Below, piece by piece: positions 56,901-64,000 of a stretch of 64,000 bases of DNA (within the stretch, counting starts at the first letter, position 1; the number at the start of each line of letters is the position of its first letter). The notes under the pieces are model-generated. The model saw nothing but the letters and a program-made list of their open reading frames with translations, was not told where the DNA came from and did no database searches. Location: positions 124,001-188,000 of the IMG/VR virus record IMGVR_UViG_3300037725_000018. The stretch is one strand, 5' to 3'. A program made the translations under genes and the position numbers.

Positions 56901-59853
56901 TCCCCACCGTAAAGTTTGCCACGTTTTTGGAAACGGTGGCTCGCCCAATTGCCGCTGAATCGTTTGCGGTTGCCGTGGCGTTTCGCCCCACGGTAACAGA
57001 GAAGTTTCCGGAAGACTCTAGCCCCCGGCCAATGGCAATCGCGGCAAAGCCGCTTGCCTCCGAATCCCCAATCACGATGCTGTCGGAGCTTTCGTTTCCA
57101 GACCTTTTTCCGAACGTGAACGCCCCGTTCCCACCGTACCTAGCCGATAGGTTCGAGCCGGATAGGGTAATGAGTTCTCCGGTGGAAGCATCTTGAAGGA
57201 CAAATTCGCTTGCGGCGTTTTGCCCGGTAACGTCAACGCTAACCGTAGTGGCTCCTGTGGACGGATTGAACGCGGAGGTAAGACCAATTCCAGTTTGAAT
57301 GTTTGACGTGCCGCCACCGCCTCCAAGCAACGAACCGTCTACGTACTCAAGCTCTTTTGTGCTTGGGTTTCGAACAAGAACCTGTGAAGTGTTCGACCCG
57401 GAAGTGATCTCCCTTCCGATAGACAGAACGGACTCATACGTTCCGAGACTTTCGTTATAAGCGTCAACAGAAAGGCCGTGGCGAACATGTGTCCCGTCAC
57501 GATATGTGACATACAGCGAATCCACGCGGCCTCGACCGTCGAAGTAATCGTTGGCACCAGAATTTGCTGAAGGGTTGTCTCCAGCACCAACTTGAAGCAC
57601 GCGGTCGGAGGCGGCGATTCCTGAAATAGATCCGGGCTCCGTTCCCACGTCCTCGTTGTAGTTACCTATAGCTGCGCCTCCGTGGAATCCGGCTCGCGTG
57701 AACGATCCCGTGGCCAGAGCGCCAAGTCCGCTAGCCACGGTTTCGGAACCTGCGGCTAGGCTGGCGAATCCAGAGGCAACGGTGAATCCACCGAATGCGG
57801 CTGCGACGTTGTTGGTGGCTTCGGTGAACCGACCGAAAGCAACGGCATTGGGCGCTGTAGCTTTCACATTAGTTCCTTGCGTGAACGCGGACTCGCCCGT
57901 GCTGTCGTTGAATATGCCGAAGGCAACCGAACCGACGCCACTGGCCTCGTTGAAACTGCCCACCGTGAAACTGTTGCTTCCAACACTGCCCGAGCGCCCA
58001 CCGAACGTGACTGCGCCGTTGCCTTCATACGTTATTTCGGAGTTTTCGACAAGCTCGCCTGAAGACTTGATGAACCCAAAGCCTGCAGCCACGTCTTCGC
58101 TACCGGGGTTCAGGTTCACCGTAAACTCGTCCGTGCTGGCGTTATAAAACGTGCTGATGCTTGTGCCACCTGTAACGTTCACAGCTCCCGACATCAAACT
58201 GCTCCCGGCAACGTATTCAAGCTCGTTGGTGGAGGGATTGCGAACAAGAACCTGTGAAGTGTTCGTTCCAACAGAAAGGTCATTGAGCTTTAGAGTGGTT
58301 AAGATGTTCACGGAACCCCCCGATATTACTTCTAAGGCGTTCGAACGGTCAGAGTCTCCGGTTCCGTTTCCGATTATGAAAAGACGATCTTCATCGCTTG
58401 AAGTATCGCTTGGAATAGTATTGTACTCTCCAATTACAGTTGTGTGTATTTCATCTTTATAATTTAAAGAAAGTCCACGACCACTTCCAAATGTCAAGCC
58501 AAAATTATTGTTTGTATATCCACTGGTATTAAGTTCATTTTCTTTCCCAAATACAGTCAAGTTTGAAACAACTGGTCCATCATAAGTTGTAATTTCATTT
58601 AGTGATCCTGAGACAAAACCTCTCGTTAATTGTTTTGTGGAAAAACTAAAAGAAGGAACAAATTGGAGGTCTTTTCTATCAAAAGAAGAAATATCGGTAT
58701 CATTTAAAGGATTCGATGATGGAAAGGTGAGAACGTATTCGTCTGTACTCGAATTATACTCAACGGTGTCAGGTGTAGTCCAGTTTCCGGAACCCAACTT
58801 TCCAATTGAGTTATACTTCCATCGACCATCCAAAATGGGATTGTTTTCTAGGTTCGCACCTATAAGACGAAGTTCATTTGTTGTAGAATTATATGAAAAT
58901 CCAGCGTCTCCTCGAAATACTATGTTTATCGAATTTTCAGCTCCCTGAACAAAAACCGTATTAGCAAACGCTATAGAACTTTCTCTACTAAAATTAGCTA
59001 AATTAATAACTTCTTCTGCAGAAACGCTGTCTCCCGCAGCAAAAAAACTTTGGATATTATTCCAATGCTGACTTTCGACACCGATTGAAGCTGATTGTAC
59101 AAATTCATTTAGAACACCGGGCATTTCGCCAATGATTAAAGAACCTTCCACCGAAAAAGATTCTACCTCTTCATCTACCCTGTCAGACACAATAACAGAG
59201 TGGTTCGCCCCGTCAAATGATCCGTTCTCTTCGCTATCCCCCTGCAAAAGTATAACAGAATTGCGACTTTGTGAATTTAGCTTGGTATTATTTAATGAAA
59301 TAAAAGATCGTTCTAAGTTACCATCAACTTCTCCGGAATTAGACGTAAAGAAACTTCCTTCTATATTACCACCCGAGCTTGGAATAGTGCCTGTTGCTGA
59401 TACGAAACTAGTTGTTGTGCCAAGATTACCAAATGAAGCAGTGTCTCCGGACAAATATGATGCTTGATGTCCTCCGCTACCAACGTCAAAAGCAAATCCT
59501 ATAAATGAAGAGTATAAAGACACAAACGTTTGTGAGGAGAAGTCTACATCACTCCCCACAACTAAATTTTGTATTCCCGATTCAACATTAGTTATCGTAT
59601 CTCCAAGGGCTAACCCGGAACCGGAACCTTCAATTTTTAACAGGTCGTTACTTTTATCATAAACAAAGGTAGAGTCAGATCCAAAACTTCCAGCGTCATT
59701 GAAGATGATCTCCCCGTCAGAGCCGGGTGCGATAACGTCGCTGCTATCTACACCAACACTAATATCCGGAAGTCCTGTGGATTGGTTGATAAAAGCGGTA
59801 ATATTGGAAGATCGGTCCAAGTCTTCGACCGTTACGTGCGTCTTTTTTGCCAT
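53983..59853 (-). CDS. Long tail fibre/adhesin with YadA-head-like repeats (1956 aa)
   Basis: Repeated ASG..S.A.G / A.AIG 14-mers, FIIGNG...RSNA connectors, S/G/N/D rich; class B promoter near 59927. Confidence 0.85.
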   Translation of the reverse strand: MAKKTHVTVEDLDRSSNITAFINQSTGLPDISVGVDSSDVIAPGSDGEIIFNDAGSFGSDSTFVYDKSNDLLKIEGSGSGLALGDTITNVESGIQNLVVGSDVDFSSQTFVSLYSSFIGFAFDVGSGGHQASYLSGDTASFGNLGTTTSFVSATGTIPSSGGNIEGSFFTSNSGEVDGNLERSFISLNNTKLNSQSRNSVILLQGDSEENGSFDGANHSVIVSDRVDEEVESFSVEGSLIIGEMPGVLNEFVQSASIGVESQHWNNIQSFFAAGDSVSAEEVINLANFSRESSIAFANTVFVQGAENSINIVFRGDAGFSYNSTTNELRLIGANLENNPILDGRWKYNSIGKLGSGNWTTPDTVEYNSSTDEYVLTFPSSNPLNDTDISSFDRKDLQFVPSFSFSTKQLTRGFVSGSLNEITTYDGPVVSNLTVFGKENELNTSGYTNNNFGLTFGSGRGLSLNYKDEIHTTVIGEYNTIPSDTSSDEDRLFIIGNGTGDSDRSNALEVISGGSVNILTTLKLNDLSVGTNTSQVLVRNPSTNELEYVAGSSLMSGAVNVTGGTSISTFYNASTDEFTVNLNPGSEDVAAGFGFIKSSGELVENSEITYEGNGAVTFGGRSGSVGSNSFTVGSFNEASGVGSVAFGIFNDSTGESAFTQGTNVKATAPNAVAFGRFTEATNNVAAAFGGFTVASGFASLAAGSETVASGLGALATGSFTRAGFHGGAAIGNYNEDVGTEPGSISGIAASDRVLQVGAGDNPSANSGANDYFDGRGRVDSLYVTYRDGTHVRHGLSVDAYNESLGTYESVLSIGREITSGSNTSQVLVRNPSTKELEYVDGSLLGGGGGTSNIQTGIGLTSAFNPSTGATTVSVDVTGQNAASEFVLQDASTGELITLSGSNLSARYGGNGAFTFGKRSGNESSDSIVIGDSEASGFAAIAIGRGLESSGNFSVTVGRNATATANDSAAIGRATVSKNVANFTVGTYNEDYLASKINQIANLTDSSRIFAVGVGDGAPAASPGDNIYYDGRGEVDGLYVTYRDGTHVRHGLSVDAYNASLGQYETVFEIDETGTIVQGDVGGSVGLGITEADTESNFILQDSSTGELITLSDSDNLEAKYGGNNNSFTFGYRTGTTGNNSIVFGGTSTDKTGASGQDSIAIGRNVSANDQSTIAIGGGDSSNNFGVSVSEALSIGIGADINVNPPAFTGSSYAIGRGIDISNANRVVLGQYNANDYEFTVGNGVSDGDRSDLFYVREGSDGSVVYANAFLSSGFSPSSASDPVEQDVDVQGSVVVGDFSDFTGMGTNSVGDSIILKTTIGSGSDILDSILVSSDIVPNDNIVQSLLWESGNGNSSTPSTRIESAILFGVDDLSVVGETSLYSSSIENLFKVGGAFRAFFSSSDFDNLAENSAVFADGSIERDPDTGTYLNEARRSVSIKGDVRGSDAIAIKGEARTNSIAIGGTAVADTENRVVLGDTEGVVVKQSSGSISDVFSINLYNTSVGDSIDKAFSVSDTGVVTHHVRNAEDVGGEFVIRDTSTGELRTLESTDFGAEGFGASYDENFAFTIGFREVGSSKFPSSIVLGGEENAANTAENNSAITIGRGLQMTEEAGVAVGEWNNQEEDFVVGSGTSFSRRDSFVVRRGSDETEATVYTSNYVATVNPSASQDALSFSPAGSIFFGTTNDVSGRTSSSNANGILIGDSVFSGDQILTTSVLLGSDLNLNTDSANDLFLWKSGNNTNAFPSGNILQNLFLLGVSDLSDFDFSGPILPGNIFRVGQGAITAYWSGNGLSQDVENTVLLANGSLDNGAITVNGSFAVGSGSTVGADNAVAIGNITISTSNYVGLGGDRVVTNTDLQFIGGTLINDRLDVSSTQNTDGSGYYSVDTSSGNVTLTIQSSENIDGKEINVKNNGSGTVTIETAGSSTIDDSTNATIPTDNNSVTLVYNSTNDDWEIY

Positions 59854-59937
59854 TTAACTATTTAGCTAGTTTAAAATTCGCCTGTGTTTCAAAAAGATGT
59901 GAAAACCTTTTAAAGTCTTTGTTAATATATAGGTAGT

Positions 59938-62900
59938 TTAAATCTCTTCAGATGTTACGTTTCCGTTGTTGTCTACTGCAATTCGGTATTGGGTAGTTCC
60001 ATCCGGTGTCGTGACAACCACTCCGTTTCCGGGGGTTTGAATGTCGATTTCATCATCAACAATGGTTACGTTTCCACCATAAAAGTCTGTGCCTCCTGTG
60101 TCCCCGATTGCAACTGTGTTTGACGTGGAAACTGACGCAATTCCACCGATTGCTACAGAGTTGTTTGCACCATCTGAAACATTTCCACCGGAAATGGAAG
60201 TTGCATTTGAAGCATTGCCGATGAATCCACCATTTTTCCCGGCTATGATAACAGACCCATCCCGTTGAAGACCACCCGCATAGGCTAAAATTTGCTTTTC
60301 GTTATATGCAAAAACCGTTACATTTGAAGTTGAATTGTTTTGTTGTCTAAACTCATCTATATTTGAAGAATCTATATCTGTTTTTATAAGGAACGTACCA
60401 AAGTCTATAGTAGCGTCAACTCCGTCAACGCTACTTGTAAACATGGCATTATCGAAGAAAGTAAGATTACTAACGTTAGTTAAAGAACTATTATAAAAGA
60501 AACTGTCGGCAACTCCCGCATCCCCCACGTCAGAATTTAGCAAAAAACTTTGACTTGGAGACCCATCTCCAGTAGAGTTAATTATTATAGAATTTGTAGG
60601 TGAACCGAATCCCGTATCGTTTAGGGTTGAATCTGTAGATGAAGGGAGATGAACAGATGTTGTAGTAAAAATGGGAGTACCAGTTTTTACCTCTATAAAC
60701 GCTCCAGTAATTCGTGTGCTGTCATTTTCACCCACCCCGACTTCAAATGAAGCATCTGACACGCCTTCATTATATGTTCCTATCAAAGTTTTACCGCTGC
60801 CAAATCCCCCCGAATTTAAGTTTAAGTTATTCCCTAAAACAACCGTTTCAGTTGGAGAATTTGTAACATTGTTTTGAAAACCAATGATTAAAGTTTCATC
60901 TGAAGAGTTTGTGTTTCCTATTCCAAAGGCAAAAGAGTTGTTTGCTTCAATGTTTTGCCGGGTTCCAGAAAAAGAACCTGCACCTCCTATGGCAACGGAT
61001 CTTTCACCTCTAATATAATTTCCATAGCCCAAAGCCGCAGAAAAACGTGCTTGGTCGAAGCTACCGCTATTAATCTCGTTATAATGACCCACTATAACAT
61101 TTCCTTCACCATTAGCAAAGTTTTCGGTATCTGAAGCAAGGCTTGGGTCTGCACCACCAAAAACGGAACTATACTGTCCTGTATCGGTGCCTCTTCTATA
61201 TCCTACCGTAAATGATCCGTTTCCTTCATGTTTTGCCGTGAGATCCGCACCACTAGAAAGAGAAATCAACTCTCCGGTGGAAGAATCTTGAAGAATCATA
61301 TCCGATTCTGTATCGGCTTCAACCGGGTCAACATCAAGCGTTGTATTTCCTGTAGAGGCGTTGAATGTAGATGTAAGCCCAAGTCCTGCAAGAATTGCTC
61401 CACCGTTTCCACCACCACCGTTAAGTGCATTTAAGTCAAACGTCTCAATCTCTCCGGTGTTTGGGTTTCGAACAAGGGCTTCAGATATGTTAGAGCCAGA
61501 ATCCGGCTTTCCGATTTTGATTGTTCCATCATCTTCAACTGTGAAAACTTGATTTACAGCGTCTCCAACAGAAGTGTTGTATAGATTCACAGAGAAAAGG
61601 TCTGCTGTAGAACCTTGAACCTGCTTGACAACAGTTCCGTTGTCGTTTCCAAGAACAATTCTATCCGAAGTGTTCACTTCAACATTTGGCCCGATACCCA
61701 CAGAACGTGGAGCCCTCATTGTTGCCCCGCGAATGGAAAGAGAGTTTTGAACGTCTTTGATCGGGCTATCAACAGATCCGGTTCCAACCAAAACAAGCGA
61801 TCCTTCTCTTTCGTTGTTTGGACCAACGGCTTGATAAGCCAAAATGGTATCGTCGTTGAACGCAAATACACTAATCGGTCCTGCTCCAGTTTCCGTTACG
61901 GCAAACTTTCTGCTGTTATCGTTATTCCCCTGACCGTCTTGACCAATTCTAGTTGAGTGAATAAAGGCATTTTCGTAAATTTCCGAAACACTATTTTGTG
62001 GAGTTAATTCGGCATTGATAAACATAGAGCCATCTCCACCTTGAGTTACGCCTTCGGATACAATACTGCTGTTTAAAACGAAAGAACCACCTAGTTCACC
62101 CTCTCCAATTATAGAGTCAACAATAATGCTGTTAGATACGAAAGCACTACCTTCATTTACTCCGGATTCTACAGAGCTGGAAATAACGATATTTCTCCCA
62201 CCGCGAAGCCCCCTCCAAGATGCTGTCGGGTCAATGTTGAGATATAGGTTATCTAGGTGAGTAACAGTTTCCTCATCTGCATTTCCTAAACGTTTAACAG
62301 CCAGTGCATTTCTTCGGGCCGAATCAGTTCCGCTTCCAACAAGAAAAGCCAAGTCCGTGCTTGAAGCAATGTCTAAGTTTCCAGACCCAATAATTACAGT
62401 TGGAAGAAAGGACGTATCTCCACTTCCCCAAGAAATATCATTACCGATAGCAAAGGTATTATCTGATGCATCTTGAAAAATCGTGTTATTTTCACCTATT
62501 GCATAAAACGATTCAGAACCAAATGAGCTTTCAAGAGTATTATTACGCCCAAAAGCGTATCCATTTTCTGGATAAATTGTATTTCCTATTCCTATTCCAA
62601 CGGTTCCGGTATTTTCTAACGTGTTGTTCGAGCCAAAGGCAAAAGACAGGTTAGTTTCGGTATTGAACGTAGAGTTAAATCCTACTGAATTTCCCGGCCC
62701 AATTGCAACGTTGTTTGTTCCGGGAGCCGAAGACGGATTGGATTCGGTAGCGCCGATAACAACGCTGCTTTCGCCAATTCCATTTGAAACGCTTCTGTAT
62801 CCAAGTGTAAGCGCCCCATTCCCTTCGTATCGTGCCCCAAGTGCAGGTGAACCACCATCATCGAGCGTGATCAACTCCCCTGTTAGAGAGTCTCGAACAA

Positions 62901-63138
62901 GCAAATCGCCAGCCGAATCCCCGCCGTTAGGGTTGGCAAGCGTGACTTCGCCAAACTCGTTGACTTCAAACACAGATTCTTCTGTTCCCGTGCTTGGGTT
63001 AAACGATTTCACGGAAAGGGAAGACTGTTCGGTTCGAGTCAAAATTTCATCTTCTTCAAACCGAATCGCAGCGCCGGAATAATCGTAGTCTACAGAAACC
63101 GTAGGTTGATTTTTAAGTTGTGTTTCTATAAGTGCCAT
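59938..63138 (-). CDS. Tail fibre/adhesin with YadA-like repeats (1066 aa)
   Basis: AFG.NN repeats, shared STGELI modules, C-terminal TPDGT.YRI.VDN.G. Confidence 0.85.
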   Translation of the reverse strand: MALIETQLKNQPTVSVDYDYSGAAIRFEEDEILTRTEQSSLSVKSFNPSTGTEESVFEVNEFGEVTLANPNGGDSAGDLLVRDSLTGELITLDDGGSPALGARYEGNGALTLGYRSVSNGIGESSVVIGATESNPSSAPGTNNVAIGPGNSVGFNSTFNTETNLSFAFGSNNTLENTGTVGIGIGNTIYPENGYAFGRNNTLESSFGSESFYAIGENNTIFQDASDNTFAIGNDISWGSGDTSFLPTVIIGSGNLDIASSTDLAFLVGSGTDSARRNALAVKRLGNADEETVTHLDNLYLNIDPTASWRGLRGGRNIVISSSVESGVNEGSAFVSNSIIVDSIIGEGELGGSFVLNSSIVSEGVTQGGDGSMFINAELTPQNSVSEIYENAFIHSTRIGQDGQGNNDNSRKFAVTETGAGPISVFAFNDDTILAYQAVGPNNEREGSLVLVGTGSVDSPIKDVQNSLSIRGATMRAPRSVGIGPNVEVNTSDRIVLGNDNGTVVKQVQGSTADLFSVNLYNTSVGDAVNQVFTVEDDGTIKIGKPDSGSNISEALVRNPNTGEIETFDLNALNGGGGNGGAILAGLGLTSTFNASTGNTTLDVDPVEADTESDMILQDSSTGELISLSSGADLTAKHEGNGSFTVGYRRGTDTGQYSSVFGGADPSLASDTENFANGEGNVIVGHYNEINSGSFDQARFSAALGYGNYIRGERSVAIGGAGSFSGTRQNIEANNSFAFGIGNTNSSDETLIIGFQNNVTNSPTETVVLGNNLNLNSGGFGSGKTLIGTYNEGVSDASFEVGVGENDSTRITGAFIEVKTGTPIFTTTSVHLPSSTDSTLNDTGFGSPTNSIIINSTGDGSPSQSFLLNSDVGDAGVADSFFYNSSLTNVSNLTFFDNAMFTSSVDGVDATIDFGTFLIKTDIDSSNIDEFRQQNNSTSNVTVFAYNEKQILAYAGGLQRDGSVIIAGKNGGFIGNASNATSISGGNVSDGANNSVAIGGIASVSTSNTVAIGDTGGTDFYGGNVTIVDDEIDIQTPGNGVVVTTPDGTTQYRIAVDNNGNVTSEEI

Positions 63139-63153
63139 AAAATTTTTATGAAT

Positions 63154-64000
63154 TTAAAGTTCTTCTGATACAATCGTACCGTCGTTCTTGACTTTCACGC
63201 GAAATCTAGTTCCATCGGGGCTTTTCAAAATTTGCCCAAGCCCCGGCGTCGTAACCTCCATTTCTCCAGACGTGACCCGAACAGAACCGCCGAAGTCAAC
63301 TGCTTTCGCCACAACGTCCGAAAGCTCTACGGTGAAAGCGTCCGTGCTAGCGTTGTAGCTGGAGTCAATTCCTATGCCGCCAACAACGTTTGTCGAGCCG
63401 CCACCACCGGAAAAGTTGCTTGCATCTATGTATTCTAGCTCTTTCGTACTTGGGTTTCGAACAAGCACTTGTGAGGCGTTGGTGCCCTCTGCGATTTCAC
63501 GTCCAATTGACAGAACGGTTTCAACTTGTGTTACGCCATCTACGTTCTTAATGTATTCGCCTGTGGAGTCGTTTACCTGAAATCGTTCAACCGTTAAGCC
63601 TTCACGAACATATGTTCCGTCCCTGTAGGTGACGTACAATCCGTCTGCTCTTCCAAGTCCGTCATTAAATTCACTACCAAATCCTTGTTGACTTGGATTA
63701 TCACCAACTCCAACAGCAAGTAAGCGGTCCTGCGGCGTGATATCTTCAATACCGTCGGGCTCGTTGCCTGTGCCAAGGTAATCTTCATTATAAACACCTT
63801 GAGCGATTCCAGCATACGTGCGAGAGATTGTATAGTTTCCCATTGCTGTGGAACTATAGCCTTTTGCTTCTGTGTAAATTCCCATCGCGGTAGATCCAAT
63901 GCCGCTTGTTTCTGTGTTGGACCCCATTGCAACGGATTGGTTGGCGTTTGCTATTGTGCTAATTCCCATTGCAATGGAGTAAAAACCGTTTGCTTCTGTG
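63154..64000 (-). CDS. Tail fibre/adhesin, C-terminal part (start outside window)
   Basis: S.AMG..T repeats, LYVTYRDGT, QVLVRNPSTKELEY, C-terminal SPDGTRFRV.V.NDG. Confidence 0.85.
   Translation of the reverse strand, partial: TEANGFYSIAMGISTIANANQSVAMGSNTETSGIGSTAMGIYTEAKGYSSTAMGNYTISRTYAGIAQGVYNEDYLGTGNEPDGIEDITPQDRLLAVGVGDNPSQQGFGSEFNDGLGRADGLYVTYRDGTYVREGLTVERFQVNDSTGEYIKNVDGVTQVETVLSIGREIAEGTNASQVLVRNPSTKELEYIDASNFSGGGGSTNVVGGIGIDSSYNASTDAFTVELSDVVAKAVDFGGSVRVTSGEMEVTTPGLGQILKSPDGTRFRVKVKNDGTIVSEEL

Noticed and set aside
53983-64000. Diversity-generating retroelement acting on fibres or micro-proteins
   Set aside because: No reverse transcriptase in the window and no template/variable repeat pair with adenine-specific differences noticed.

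Overview
A 64 kb segment of a large lytic dsDNA (jumbo-type) phage, standard genetic code. Host inference only: FCB/Bacteroidota-like, from A-rich start regions without Shine-Dalgarno and a tmRNA tag that starts with Gly. 1-32 kb (mostly minus strand) holds host-takeover and metabolic genes: RadA-like ATPase, Tyr phosphatase, tmRNA, tRNA-Ala, tRNA-Cys, IMPDH/GMPR, peptide deformylase, SleB-like hydrolase, thioredoxin, HD-Pnk, RNA ligase, Dps, N-domain-less ClpC, dCMP deaminase, nucleotidyltransferase, MoxR+VWA, DnaJ and IF-1. 32-53 kb alternates single-gene units, each with a G(G/A)AAC-N16-NRTKT promoter, with tightly packed tandem arrays of small ORFs. 53-64 kb encodes modular tail fibres with YadA-like repeats. 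Most notable: (1) about 50 micro-proteins that share an N-terminal M-(4 hydrophobic)-E/D/N/S motif but are otherwise highly divergent, arranged in three arrays partly bounded by a recurring imperfect hairpin; (2) a divergent pair of unexplained RNAs at 8.65-9.31 kb (a 142-nt tRNA mimic with no anticodon arm and a ~435-nt multi-stem, pseudoknotted RNA) next to an AT-rich repeat tract; (3) two promoter classes readable from the sequence, the TATA-type one preceding proteins with a candidate capsid-targeting propeptide. All calls come from reading the sequence by eye; no searches or folding were run.
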